From Minisyncoccota bacterium (GTDB lineage: Bacteria; Patescibacteriota; Minisyncoccia; Minisyncoccales; JAGOPM01): a DNA stretch of 64,000 nt. The notes below the pieces were generated by a model, which saw only the letters and a list, made by a program, of their open reading frames with translations, did not search any database and was not told where the DNA came from. Where the stretch lies: the NCBI GenBank assembly GCA_041651395.1, contig JBAZJI010000001.1, positions 379,920-443,919 on the forward strand. Direction: 5' to 3'. This document shows, piece by piece, positions 38,470 through 48,650 of the stretch; the stretch's first letter is position 1, and each line of letters starts with the position of its first letter. Both the position numbers and the translations under genes were made by a program.

Positions 38470-39741
38470 ATGTTGGATATCAAATTCATCAGAGAGAATT
38501 TAACCTTGATGCGCGAGGTCGCCAAAAACAAACGAATCGAGCTAGATTTCGAAAATCTTTTGGCTATTGACGATAAGCGCCGCGAGCTTTTAGCGCAAAG
38601 CGAAACTATCCGTGCCAGCCAAAAAAAATTGGGTAAAGACGATATTGCCAAAGCTAAGGAACTAAAAGAACAATATCAGAAATTGGAAGCCGAATTAAAA
38701 ATAATTCAGGCAGAGTTCGAAACCCAAATGGCCTTTGTACCTAATATTTATTCCGACGATACGCCAGTTGGCAAAAGCGAGTGTGACAATCAGGAAATCA
38801 GTAAATGGGGTGAACCCAGAAAATTTGATTTTTCCCCGCTTGACCATATCGCCTTGGGCAAGAAATTGGACATTATCGACACGGAACGTGGTACGGAAGT
38901 CTCGGGCTTTCGCGGCTATTATTTGAAAAACGAAGGAGCAATGTTGCAGTTCGCCCTAATGTGGCATGCTCTAAAAAAACTCCAAGCCAAGGGGTTCAAT
39001 TTGATGTTTACTCCGACAATTTTACGTGAATTTTCTTTGTTCGGCTCCGGCCATTTGCCACAAGGGCGCGATAATATTTACCAAATTGCCAACGCGCCCG
39101 ATATTTGCACTACCGGCGAAGAAAAAGAGCCTAAATATATGGCGGGCACTTCAGAGAGCGCACTTTTGGCATATTATGCCGGGCAAACTTTAGAAGAGAA
39201 TAAGCTACCCATAAAATTAGCCGGGTATTCACAATGCTACAGAAGTGAAATTGGTAGTTATGGCAAGGATACCAAGGGCCTTTATCGCGTGCATGAATTT
39301 TCCAAGGTTGAGCAGATTGTTATTTGTAAAGCTGATAAAACGGTGGCCGAAGGAATTTTTCAAGAGCTACATAAAAATTCTTGCGAGCTTTTGGAAGAAC
39401 TAGGGTTGCCGTATCGGACTTTGCGCATTTGCACGGCCGATATGGGCGCGGGTAAATACAAAATGTATGATGTGGAGACTTGGATGCCTAGCCGGCAGGC
39501 CTATGGCGAAACGCATAGTGACTCTAATTTAACCGATTGGCAAGCCAGAAGGTTAAATATTAAGTATAAAAATCAAAAAGGGGAGAAACTGTTTGCTTAT
39601 ACGCTCAATAATACAATGGTAGCCAGCCCACGTATCCTTATCGCGATTTTAGAAAACCATCAACAGGCTGACGGCAGTGTAGCCGTCCCTGATGTTTTGC
39701 AGCCATATTTGGGATTTAAGGTTATAAAACCAAAGAATTAA
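38470..39741 (+). CDS. serS: Serine--tRNA ligase
   Basis: Start at MLDIKFIRENL. Coiled-coil arm. RVHEFSKVEQ and class II motifs. Confidence 0.9.
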   Translation: MLDIKFIRENLTLMREVAKNKRIELDFENLLAIDDKRRELLAQSETIRASQKKLGKDDIAKAKELKEQYQKLEAELKIIQAEFETQMAFVPNIYSDDTPVGKSECDNQEISKWGEPRKFDFSPLDHIALGKKLDIIDTERGTEVSGFRGYYLKNEGAMLQFALMWHALKKLQAKGFNLMFTPTILREFSLFGSGHLPQGRDNIYQIANAPDICTTGEEKEPKYMAGTSESALLAYYAGQTLEENKLPIKLAGYSQCYRSEIGSYGKDTKGLYRVHEFSKVEQIVICKADKTVAEGIFQELHKNSCELLEELGLPYRTLRICTADMGAGKYKMYDVETWMPSRQAYGETHSDSNLTDWQARRLNIKYKNQKGEKLFAYTLNNTMVASPRILIAILENHQQADGSVAVPDVLQPYLGFKVIKPKN

Positions 39742-39744
39742 TCG

Positions 39745-40521
39745 ATGGCCTCTGCAGAAAACACAATTTACTTTGATAGCCTAAAAGTTAATTATCGAAC
39801 GGCCGGCATTGGCCCGGTAGTTTTGCTCATGCATGGCTGGTTACATTGCTCACGGAATTGGGTCATAACCCAAGATAAAATCGCCCAAAACGGTTTTCAG
39901 GTAGTGAGTGTAGATCTGCCCGGTTTTGGCCAAAGCAGCGAACCGCCAATAGACTGGAATATCGACAAATATGCCGATTTTATTACAAGGCTAACGATTG
40001 AATTGGATATTAAACCTTTTTGTCTTGTGGGCCATTCTTTTGGAGGCCGCATAGCGATGAAATTAGCCGCCCAAAAACAGCCGATTTGCCAGAAGGTGGT
40101 TTTGGTTGATGCGGCGGGTATGAACACCGGGCGCACCCTAAAACAAAAAATCGTTATTACTATTTCTTCACTGTTTTCGCCCTTACTTAATTTGTTGGGC
40201 CCGTTAAAAAATACGGCCAAAGATTTTATATATAAGGCAATGCACCGCCGCGATTATAATGAGGTGAGCCTGCGGATGCGTGGCGTTTATTCTTTGGCAG
40301 TTAAAGAGGATTTGAAATTAACTGCCGCTCAAATAGTATTGCCGACTTTAATCGTGTGGGGCGAAAAAGATAAATCGACTCCCATGTCTGATGCTCTCAT
40401 GCTTAAAAAACTGATTAAAAATTCCCAGTTGCAAATCATAAAAGATTCGGGCCACTCGCCTAATGTGCATAAGCCCGAAGCGCTCGCTGATCTTATCATT
40501 AATTTTTTGAAAAATGATTGA
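39745..40521 (+). CDS. Alpha/beta hydrolase
   Basis: 258 aa. HGW oxyanion region, nucleophile elbow GHSFGG, and C-terminal SGHSPNVH. Confidence 0.8.
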   Translation: MASAENTIYFDSLKVNYRTAGIGPVVLLMHGWLHCSRNWVITQDKIAQNGFQVVSVDLPGFGQSSEPPIDWNIDKYADFITRLTIELDIKPFCLVGHSFGGRIAMKLAAQKQPICQKVVLVDAAGMNTGRTLKQKIVITISSLFSPLLNLLGPLKNTAKDFIYKAMHRRDYNEVSLRMRGVYSLAVKEDLKLTAAQIVLPTLIVWGEKDKSTPMSDALMLKKLIKNSQLQIIKDSGHSPNVHKPEALADLIINFLKND

Positions 40522-42181
40522 AGCCAATTCTAATATCGTTGTTTTGTTTTGGTTGTTCGTAGAGATGAAATCCCTTTTGTTTTGGGTTTACCTTTGGCAG
40601 CTTAAGGATTACCATATCGGCCGTTTTTTGGCACACTTTCAAACAGCTAATGGGCGAAATGCCTACCTTGGTTTGCAAAACCGCTTAAAGTTTTTACTGT
40701 TTTTGGCCGCGGTTCTAACTGCGTATTTTTACAATTCCCTTCCGACGGAATTTGCCCGCCTTTTATTTAACTTGCTGCCGTTTGCCATTGCCTGGCTTTA
40801 TATTTTTCTGGGTGTCAAAGCAGCTTTTTCGCTTTTGTTTGGTAAAACGGCTACGCCCAAACTAAACCTTAAAACTATTTTTCTTCTGATGATGGGCGCG
40901 GGTATGTTTTTGGTATTGGAAGAAAAAATTACCTCTATTATTTTATCCTTTCACTGGCTTTTTCTTATCAGTGGGGGCAATACAATCGCCTTGCTGATAA
41001 TCGATTTGCTGTTACCCATAGCCCTCAGCTTCTTAATTATTTTTTTGCAGCCCTTAACAGTTGTTTGGCGGACTTTTGTAATTTTGGCTGCCAAGATAAA
41101 GAGGTCACAATTAAAAAATCTTAAGGTTATCGGCATTACCGGCAGTTATGGCAAAAGCACCACCAAAGAAATTTTGGCGCATATCTTATCGACCGATTTT
41201 CGGGTTGTTAAAACACCCAAGAATCAAAATTCTGAAATCGGAATAGCTAATACAATTCTCAAGTCTCTTAAAAAAGACACACAATATTTTATCTGCGAAA
41301 TGGGAGCTTACAATAAAGGAGGTATAAAATTCCTTTGCGACATTGCCAAGCCCCAAATGGGTATCTTAAGCGGCATTAACGAACAACATTTGGCAACTTT
41401 TGGCAGTCTGGCCAATACTACGAGCGCTAAATTTGAACTTATACGCTACCTTAAGAAGGGTGATAAGGCGATTTTGAATTTTGCCAACGATTTGATTAAA
41501 AGGGAAGCCCAAAAACAGAAATTTGCCGCCCAACCAATCAGCGTCGGGGACAATAAGGGCGATTATTCTTATACTGTTAAATCTTTAACTAAAAACAGTG
41601 TGGAGTTTTTGTTTTGCGGCCAAAATCAGAAAACGGACATTCTAATAAATTTGCCCGGAGGCTTAGGTTTAGTCCAAAATGCTTCCTTGGCCATCGCTGC
41701 TGCGCTGCAATGCGGTATCAGTTTGCAAGCTATCGCAGCTTCCCTGAAACTTTTAAGCTCGGAAATTTCTCCATATAAACTCGTTAGGAGCGCCAGTGGC
41801 CGGGAAATAATTTTAGCCACTTATTCGGCCAATCCCGAAAGTGTCCGCGGTGCCTTACAATACCTTAGCCTGTTTTCCGGCAAAAAGATTTTTATCATGC
41901 CTTGCTTGATAGAACTGGGATCGTCGGCCAAAAAAATTCACGAGGAATTTGGTAGGCTTATTGCCCAGAATTGCGATTTGGCTATTATTACGAGTCGCGA
42001 TTATTATTCTGAAATTAAAAACGGAGCCATTGCGCAGGGAACTGCGCCGGGGCGCATCCTGTTTATGTCCGAAGGCAAAGCCATTGCAAAATTACTCGCT
42101 CAGTTTACCGAGAGTGGCGATACAATTATGATTAGTGGTCGAGTTAATCAAATAATTGAAAACGAGGCGCAAAAAGTATGA
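40514..42181 (+). CDS. murF: MurF-like Mur ligase fused to an N-terminal polytopic membrane region of about 190 aa
   Basis: 555 aa. P-loop IGITGSYGKSTTKE at about residue 207, preceded by at least 5 hydrophobic helices. Central and C-terminal Mur ligase domains follow. Confidence 0.65.
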   Translation: MIEANSNIVVLFWLFVEMKSLLFWVYLWQLKDYHIGRFLAHFQTANGRNAYLGLQNRLKFLLFLAAVLTAYFYNSLPTEFARLLFNLLPFAIAWLYIFLGVKAAFSLLFGKTATPKLNLKTIFLLMMGAGMFLVLEEKITSIILSFHWLFLISGGNTIALLIIDLLLPIALSFLIIFLQPLTVVWRTFVILAAKIKRSQLKNLKVIGITGSYGKSTTKEILAHILSTDFRVVKTPKNQNSEIGIANTILKSLKKDTQYFICEMGAYNKGGIKFLCDIAKPQMGILSGINEQHLATFGSLANTTSAKFELIRYLKKGDKAILNFANDLIKREAQKQKFAAQPISVGDNKGDYSYTVKSLTKNSVEFLFCGQNQKTDILINLPGGLGLVQNASLAIAAALQCGISLQAIAASLKLLSSEISPYKLVRSASGREIILATYSANPESVRGALQYLSLFSGKKIFIMPCLIELGSSAKKIHEEFGRLIAQNCDLAIITSRDYYSEIKNGAIAQGTAPGRILFMSEGKAIAKLLAQFTESGDTIMISGRVNQIIENEAQKV

Positions 42182-43455
42182 TTCCCAAACGCCCAATTTC
42201 TAACGCCTTAGCTCCCAATATTCAAAAAGATGATGTTTTTTTGGCCAAAAAGCTGCTTTCTGGAGCCAGCCTTTTCACTATGCCTAATGGGGTAAAAGTA
42301 GCTGTAAGGGGCCAAAGAACGGCTCTGGAGGCCTATTTTTGCGCTAGATTTGGGGTAAAAAAGGCTTTTGCTTTCAATGCCGGCCGTTCAGCCCTTTTAG
42401 CTATTTTGCGCGCCTTAAGCTTGCCGCCGGGCAGCCAAATCGCGGTTCAGGCCTTTACCTGTAATGCCGTCATTAATCCTATATTAAAGGCCGGCTATCG
42501 GCCGGTTTATATTGATATTGATGACGATCTGAACTTGGATGTTTCTAAATTAAAACAGAAACTCGGCGAGGTTCGCGCTATCCTTGTGCAGCATACCTTT
42601 GGCATGCCGGCCAAGATTAAAGAAATTTGTGCGCTAGCCGAAGAGAAGAATATTTTTGTTATTGAAGATTGTGCGCATGCATTAGGCGTATCGCTTGAAG
42701 GCCAACCCTTAGGCGGTTTTGGCGACGCGGCATTTTTTAGCTTCGGGCGCGACAAAGTCATTTCTTCAACCTACGGCGGTTTGGCTCTGGCCAAGAATCC
42801 AGCGATCGTAGCTGCTCTGGAGGGTTTTTATCAAAATTGCGCCCTAGCAAACCCCGAATGGACCAAACGCCAATTACGCCATCCGGTATTATTTAATAAT
42901 GTCGTTTTGCCTTTTTATAATTTTTTCGATTTGGGTAAAAAATTCCTCTCTCTGTATCTTAGAACCCGGAGGCTTAGCCGCGCAGTGGAGCCGCAGGAAT
43001 GTTTGGGCCAATGGAGCGAATCATTCCCGTTTTTACTGCCAGATGAATTAGCGGTTTTAGCCCTTAATCAGCTGCAAAAACTTTCCGAATTTAGCCGGCA
43101 CCGCGAAGCTCTTGCTGCGCAATATTTTTCCCTTTTGCAGGGTAACTTAAAAATTGCTTTGCCTTTTATTGAAGCTCAAAAACAGCCCTTGCCCTTTATG
43201 CGTTTTCCAATTTTAGCTAAAGACCGAGCGCCGGTTTTGAAGTATTTTGCCAAGCAGGGGATATATCTGGATGATGGTTGGGGCGGAAAAAACATTGTTC
43301 CGGCGCAAACAGATTTGTCGCGCATGGGCTATATCTTAGGGTCTTGTCCGCGTTCCGAAATTATTGCAAAAAAAATTATTAATCTGCCCCTGAATATCAA
43401 CACAAGTTTGTCGGAAGCCAAAAAAATAGTCGATAAATTGGAAAACATATTATGA
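42178..43455 (+). CDS. DegT/DnrJ/EryC1/StrS-family PLP-dependent aminotransferase
   Basis: 425 aa. IEDCAHALG and FSFGRDKVISS (PLP-Lys region). 4-nt overlaps with both neighbours. Confidence 0.7.
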   Translation: MIPKRPISNALAPNIQKDDVFLAKKLLSGASLFTMPNGVKVAVRGQRTALEAYFCARFGVKKAFAFNAGRSALLAILRALSLPPGSQIAVQAFTCNAVINPILKAGYRPVYIDIDDDLNLDVSKLKQKLGEVRAILVQHTFGMPAKIKEICALAEEKNIFVIEDCAHALGVSLEGQPLGGFGDAAFFSFGRDKVISSTYGGLALAKNPAIVAALEGFYQNCALANPEWTKRQLRHPVLFNNVVLPFYNFFDLGKKFLSLYLRTRRLSRAVEPQECLGQWSESFPFLLPDELAVLALNQLQKLSEFSRHREALAAQYFSLLQGNLKIALPFIEAQKQPLPFMRFPILAKDRAPVLKYFAKQGIYLDDGWGGKNIVPAQTDLSRMGYILGSCPRSEIIAKKIINLPLNINTSLSEAKKIVDKLENIL

Positions 43456-44525
43456 AATTGCAAGTGCGCCCGATAATTGAAAAGGCCCAATGGGAAGATT
43501 TTTGCCAGCAAGCCCAAAACAAGACTTTTCTTAATTCCTGGAATTGGGGAGTTTTTTACAATTCACTAGGCAATAAAATATGGCGCCTGGGTGTTTATGA
43601 TGGTTCAAAGCTTTTGGCGGCCTGTTTAGCCATTAAAAAAATAGCCAAGCGCGGCACGCACATTTTTGTGCCCCATGGCCCGATTTTTTTTGCCGGGATA
43701 AAAGATAATTCCGAGCTTTCTCAAGTTGCTAAGGCTTTAGTGGAGGAGCTGGCTGTTTTAGCTAAAAACGAAAATTGCGCTTATTTGAAAATTTCGCCCA
43801 CCCTAAGTAATGCCAAAGAAAATATTAGTTTGTTTACTAAATTAGGTTTTATAGAAGCGGCGATGTTTGTCCACCCGGAAATCAGCTGGATATTGAATCT
43901 GGAAAAGAGTGAAGATGAGTTGCTTTCGGCTATGCGCAAAACAACGCGCTATATGATCCGCCAGGCTCAAAAGAGCCAAGTAGAAATCATCATCTCTACC
44001 GACCCTAAAGATATTGCGCAATATAATGAATTGTATTTGGCAACCGTGGCCCGGCATGATTTTATCCCATTTTCACAAGAGTATTTAGAAAAAGAATTAG
44101 CGGCTTTTTCTACCGATAAGCAAGTGGAAATATTTTTCGCCAAGCATAATGGGAAAATCGTTTCCGGCGCTATTATTATTTATTGGCAAAAAACCGCCTA
44201 TTACCACCAAGGAGCCTCGGATAATTCTGGCGCTGCGGCCAAATCGGGCGCTTCCTATCTATTGCAGTGGCAAATTATCAAACGCGCCAAAGAACTAGGC
44301 TGCACGACTTATAATTTTTGGGGCATTGTCCCGCAAATGCGCCGCCTGGAAGATCTTAATAACCGCAAATTCAAAAATCACCCTTGGTATGGATTATCTT
44401 TATTCAAAATGGGCTTTGGCGGAGAATGCACTGAGTATATGCCCACCATGAATAAGCCGATTGGAGCTTTTAGCTGGCTATCTTTTCTTTATGAAAAGCT
44501 GGAACGAATTAAAAAAAGGTTATAA
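43452..44525 (+). CDS. FemAB-family peptidoglycan interpeptide-bridge peptidyltransferase
   Basis: 357 aa. FLNSWNWG, YHQGASD and YNFWGI are FemX/FemAB-like motifs. Confidence 0.7.
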   Translation: MKLQVRPIIEKAQWEDFCQQAQNKTFLNSWNWGVFYNSLGNKIWRLGVYDGSKLLAACLAIKKIAKRGTHIFVPHGPIFFAGIKDNSELSQVAKALVEELAVLAKNENCAYLKISPTLSNAKENISLFTKLGFIEAAMFVHPEISWILNLEKSEDELLSAMRKTTRYMIRQAQKSQVEIIISTDPKDIAQYNELYLATVARHDFIPFSQEYLEKELAAFSTDKQVEIFFAKHNGKIVSGAIIIYWQKTAYYHQGASDNSGAAAKSGASYLLQWQIIKRAKELGCTTYNFWGIVPQMRRLEDLNNRKFKNHPWYGLSLFKMGFGGECTEYMPTMNKPIGAFSWLSFLYEKLERIKKRL

Positions 44526-44531
44526 ATTATC

Positions 44532-45446
44532 GTGGCAAATATAAAGTTACGTTCCAAACATAAAATCCGCAAACCCAAGCCTCTTTACGCGACGGCGGCC
44601 TTTCGGATCGGCATCCTCAGTGTTATTTTACTAGTTGGTTCCGTTTATTGCATTTTTTTCTTCGATTATTTTAAGATAAAAAATGTAAAAATTGAAGGTA
44701 TCCAAAAAATTTCCGCCCAAGAGATACAAAATCAAGTTTGGGAAGTTTTGAATACTAAAACTACGCTGCCGAAAAACGGAATATTCACCGTTCCGGGCGC
44801 TCAAATAACCAAGCAGTTAAAGGAGCGTTTCCCGGTTGCGCAAAGCGTGTCGGTTGCAAAAAATTTACCTGCGACAATCGTGATAAAAATTACTGAGCGG
44901 CAGCCTTTAGCCCTTTGGTGCCCTTGCGAGATCCCCAGCGATAGCCTTTTGCCCTCCTATACTTCCAGCACGGCCACCTCGAGCTTGGCTAATTTTAGCG
45001 ATTTTCGAACTTTTTTTGCGAAACAGAACTGCCACACTGCAGATAATTTTGATTGCTATTTAGTGGATAAGAGCGGCATTAAATTCGAAAATTCCCACGA
45101 ATTTCCGTTTCGGATTGTAGCAGCCAAAAATTCCGCCACCCTCGGCCAAACGGCTATCGAGGGCAATATTTTGGCAACTATTCTAAAGATTAAGGAAAAA
45201 ATCAGCCAAAAAATATCAGCCAGTTGCGATCTTGCCTACATTTATTCTCCGGCCCAAATTAACTTTCGGCTTGACGGCTACTGGTGGGCATATTTTAACC
45301 CCAAAAAAGATATTGATTGGCAGATAAATGCTTTGTCGGCGGTTTTAGAGAAAAAACTTAGCCAACAAGAAAAAGAAAGACTTGAATACATTGATTTGCG
45401 CTTCGAAAATATTTCCGTGGTCAGTAAGCCGGAAAATAGCAAATAA
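44532..45446 (+). CDS. ftsQ: Cell division protein FtsQ/DivIB-like (POTRA)
   Basis: 304 aa. TM anchor followed by FKIKNVKIEGIQKISAQEI (POTRA start). Confidence 0.65.
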   Translation: MANIKLRSKHKIRKPKPLYATAAFRIGILSVILLVGSVYCIFFFDYFKIKNVKIEGIQKISAQEIQNQVWEVLNTKTTLPKNGIFTVPGAQITKQLKERFPVAQSVSVAKNLPATIVIKITERQPLALWCPCEIPSDSLLPSYTSSTATSSLANFSDFRTFFAKQNCHTADNFDCYLVDKSGIKFENSHEFPFRIVAAKNSATLGQTAIEGNILATILKIKEKISQKISASCDLAYIYSPAQINFRLDGYWWAYFNPKKDIDWQINALSAVLEKKLSQQEKERLEYIDLRFENISVVSKPENSK

Positions 45447-45486
45447 ACTCAAATTAAATCCCCGCCGATGAGCGGGGAATTTTATT

Positions 45487-47253
45487 TTAGTCTATCTTGA
45501 ATAAATATATTGACCGGCCAATGACTGCCGTGGGCCGCACTCCGCGCAGCCAGGAATAGTAAAGGGTATCATCAGGATTATATTTTTTGATTTCCGGCAA
45601 AGGAGTTGCGGTGCCATTTTTATAGTAAGTCGCGGAAATCGCGATCCAGCCCTTTTGTGGCCCACTATAACGATCGATTTTTGTATAACCGGCGCCAAAA
45701 AAATATTGCGGATCGCTGCCGCCCAAAAAATGCATTTTAATGTTCCTAATCCCGTTTTCTTGGGCGTAGCGGTTGAGTTTATAAAAATCTTGGCCCCAAT
45801 CAACATTAGAATCAACAACAAAATTGCGTCCATTTTCTATCGGCCCCACAAGCTCATTAAAGTAGGAAATATAATCAGGGTAGGCCCGCAATGGCTGAAT
45901 TGCATACCAGGCAATTAAAACCCAAAAAATGAAAATCGCCAAAGTTTTGCCGGCGCGATTCTGCGGGGAAAAATGTTTCCAAAAATAAATCGTGCCCTGA
46001 GCTGTCAAAATCATCATAAAAGGAATGGCGGGCAAAAGGTGGCGGATGCCGATATTAAGATTGCCAAACACCGAAATCGCCCAATAAATCAAAATCCATA
46101 AAATTATTGCAGCCATTTCGAAATTGGCTTTTAGGCGATTGAGAAGCTTTTTCTCTCCGGCTCTTTTAACCCAGGCCCACAAACCCAAGGCCGCAAAAAC
46201 AAAAATTGCCAGAGGGGTTTTTATTCCATAAACAACCGGAAAGTATTGCCACCACGCCGTATTGTTTATTTGGCCCATGAAAAATGTTGTATTGCCAAAT
46301 ATTGTTCTATGTCCGGCCTTAAAAAATCCGATAAGATATATCCCCAAGGGCCGCAGAACCGGAATATTGAGAATTTGGATCGCGATATTGCGGAATAAGC
46401 TCATTTGCGGGCCTTCCAATAGGGTATTAGCATCGTAAACAAGCTTGGCGAGGGGTTCATTATAGGATTGGACATGGTAAAGGGGGATAATAATAAGAAA
46501 AACCGCAATCAAGCCGGCGGCCAGGCAATAAAAAATGTAGCGGAAAACAGAAACTGCCGATTTTTCTTTTTTCCACGCATAGCAAATGGCTAAAAAGCCC
46601 AAGAAGGGGATCAAAAGAACAGTTGAAAATTTGAAACAGAGGGCAATGCCCAGGCCCAAGCCTGCCCAAATTATACTGCCCAAATTCGGCGCCCGAAACA
46701 TTTGCAAAAAAAGCATTGTCGCCAAAACAATGCCAAAAGTTGCGCCGATATCCGTAGTAACCAGCCTTCCGTGCGCCAAAAAATTCGGGCAAAAGGTATA
46801 AAAAAATAAAGAAAGCAGGGCAACTTTATTGCCAAAATATCGGCGGGCGAAAATAAAAATTATCAAACCCAAAAGTATTGTTAAGGCAATCATGGGCAGG
46901 CGAGCAGCCAAAATAATAGCAAAAGGATTATTACCCGAGTGCCAGATGAATTGCGTGCCCGTGTCATATTGTATCCACCATTCGTTATTTTTAATATCAG
47001 AAAATGCGGGATTATCTTTGGGCCATTGCAAATCCATAAATTGCAGAGGCAGGGCGGCCAAATCTTTGGCCAAGGGCGGGTGCTCAGGATTAATACGATA
47101 ATCTTTAAGTTTCAAATAAGAATAGCCGGCCGGAATATGCGCCAGTTCATCGTAGGTTAGAGCTGTATCTTTTAAGCTAAAAAACATCATTGCCCCCATG
47201 GCGCAAAGCAAAAGAAAGGCAAACAAATTCGTCCACTTAGTATTAAGCTCCAT
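45487..47253 (-). CDS. Family 39/ArnT-like lipid-carrier-dependent glycosyltransferase
   Basis: 588 aa and polytopic. N-terminal loop YDELAHIPAGYSY (DE motif). Confidence 0.7.
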   Translation of the reverse strand: MELNTKWTNLFAFLLLCAMGAMMFFSLKDTALTYDELAHIPAGYSYLKLKDYRINPEHPPLAKDLAALPLQFMDLQWPKDNPAFSDIKNNEWWIQYDTGTQFIWHSGNNPFAIILAARLPMIALTILLGLIIFIFARRYFGNKVALLSLFFYTFCPNFLAHGRLVTTDIGATFGIVLATMLFLQMFRAPNLGSIIWAGLGLGIALCFKFSTVLLIPFLGFLAICYAWKKEKSAVSVFRYIFYCLAAGLIAVFLIIIPLYHVQSYNEPLAKLVYDANTLLEGPQMSLFRNIAIQILNIPVLRPLGIYLIGFFKAGHRTIFGNTTFFMGQINNTAWWQYFPVVYGIKTPLAIFVFAALGLWAWVKRAGEKKLLNRLKANFEMAAIILWILIYWAISVFGNLNIGIRHLLPAIPFMMILTAQGTIYFWKHFSPQNRAGKTLAIFIFWVLIAWYAIQPLRAYPDYISYFNELVGPIENGRNFVVDSNVDWGQDFYKLNRYAQENGIRNIKMHFLGGSDPQYFFGAGYTKIDRYSGPQKGWIAISATYYKNGTATPLPEIKKYNPDDTLYYSWLRGVRPTAVIGRSIYLFKID

Positions 47254-47309
47254 ATAGCTTTATTATAGTGGACCGCCCAAAACTTGCCCGAAACTTTTCC
47301 ACAACACGA

Positions 47310-47336
47310 TTAGCAGTCTAGGGTCTTGACTGCTAA
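47310..47336 (+). promoter_or_regulatory. CIRCE-like HrcA operator (TTAGCAGTC-N9-GACTGCTAA)
   Basis: Perfect 9-bp inverted repeat with a 9-nt spacer. Overlaps the -35 box (TTGACT, 47326-47331) of a TATAAT promoter (47348-47353). Confidence 0.8.
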
Positions 47337-47359
47337 TTTAGACGCGCTATAATCCGAGA

Positions 47360-48145
47360 GTGAATATGACCACCCGGCAAGAAAAAATCTTAAATGCGGT
47401 CATTAGGGAATACGTCAAAAGCGGCCAGCCTGTCGCTTCCTCTTCGCTAATCGGCAAGAGCAAGTTTGACCTAAGCCCGGCCACTATGCGTTTGGAATTT
47501 AACGTTTTGGAAAAAGAGGGAATGCTTTTTCAGCCCTACGTTTCCTCGGGTAGCATTCCCACGGATAAAGCTTATCGTTTATTCGTAAATAAATTACTAG
47601 ATAAAGATGGTGAGCCCGAGCTTATCTCTGCTCCGGCTAAACGATTTGGCCAAGAACTAGAATCATACGAGCACGAAGATGATTTTACTAAATATATGCA
47701 GGAATCGGCGCGGCGCTTAGCGCACATGACTTCTTCTTTAGCGCTGGCATATTTGACGGATGATGACTTGGTTTTGAGGGAGGGTTGGGGGGAAGTGATA
47801 AAAATGCACGAATTCGAGCAGGCTAACTCTATCCGCAATTTAATCTCAACAATAACTAAATTGGAGGCACAAATGGATGAATTTGAGGCGAGCATCGAGG
47901 AAGTTAGCCCAACGCAAAATGATATTATGGTTTTTATCGGTAAAGAATTGACTCACAGCGGCGCCGCAGATTTCAGCCTAATAATTTCACGTTGCCAAAG
48001 CCCTGACTGCTCTAGAAAAGGACTAATCGCGCTCATTGGGCCTAAGAGAATGGAATATGGCAAAAATATTGAACTGCTAAGGATAGCCAAGAAAGCAATT
48101 GAAAAAAAGAAAAAAAATGACAGAAAAAAATCCCAAACACGCTAA
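47360..48145 (+). CDS. hrcA: Heat-inducible transcription repressor HrcA (short form)
   Basis: 261 aa. Winged-helix N-terminus TTRQEKILNAVIREYVKSGQPVASSSL. Confidence 0.8.
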   Translation: MNMTTRQEKILNAVIREYVKSGQPVASSSLIGKSKFDLSPATMRLEFNVLEKEGMLFQPYVSSGSIPTDKAYRLFVNKLLDKDGEPELISAPAKRFGQELESYEHEDDFTKYMQESARRLAHMTSSLALAYLTDDDLVLREGWGEVIKMHEFEQANSIRNLISTITKLEAQMDEFEASIEEVSPTQNDIMVFIGKELTHSGAADFSLIISRCQSPDCSRKGLIALIGPKRMEYGKNIELLRIAKKAIEKKKKNDRKKSQTR

Positions 48146-48638
48146 GTGCGATTGCGAAGATCTAAAAACGCAGCTAGAGAAACTGGAAACAAAGCTTCAG
48201 GATATCGCCGCTCAAAGCGAAACATTCAAAAGTAATTGGCAGAGAGAGCGCGCTGATTTTCTTAACTATAAAAAGGAGGAAGGCGAACGACTCAAGCAAA
48301 TGCGGCAATATGCGCTAGAATCACTGCTTGAACGCCTGCTGCCAGCCCTTGATTCGTTTGACATGGCCAAAACCCATTTGAGCGAAGCTCAGTTTAAGGA
48401 GGCGGGCACGCAGGGATTGCTGATGACCGGAAAGATGATTGTTGAGGCTTTCAAAAGTATGGGGGTAGAACAAATCAGCTATCTTGGCCGCCAATATGAT
48501 CCAGTAGAGTGCGAGGTAATAGAGGAAGTGGAAAATACCGAAACCCTACCCGGGACAGTGGTTGAAGAAATGCAAATCGGATACAAAACTAAAGAAAGGC
48601 TATTACGGCCTTGTAAAGTAAAAATTTCTAAAAATTAA
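48099..48638 (+). CDS. grpE: Nucleotide exchange factor GrpE
   Basis: NWQRERADFLNYKKE and a C-terminal beta domain. Alternative ATG at 48117. Confidence 0.85.
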   Translation: MKKRKKMTEKNPKHAKCDCEDLKTQLEKLETKLQDIAAQSETFKSNWQRERADFLNYKKEEGERLKQMRQYALESLLERLLPALDSFDMAKTHLSEAQFKEAGTQGLLMTGKMIVEAFKSMGVEQISYLGRQYDPVECEVIEEVENTETLPGTVVEEMQIGYKTKERLLRPCKVKISKN

Positions 48639-48650
48639 AATATAAATTAT

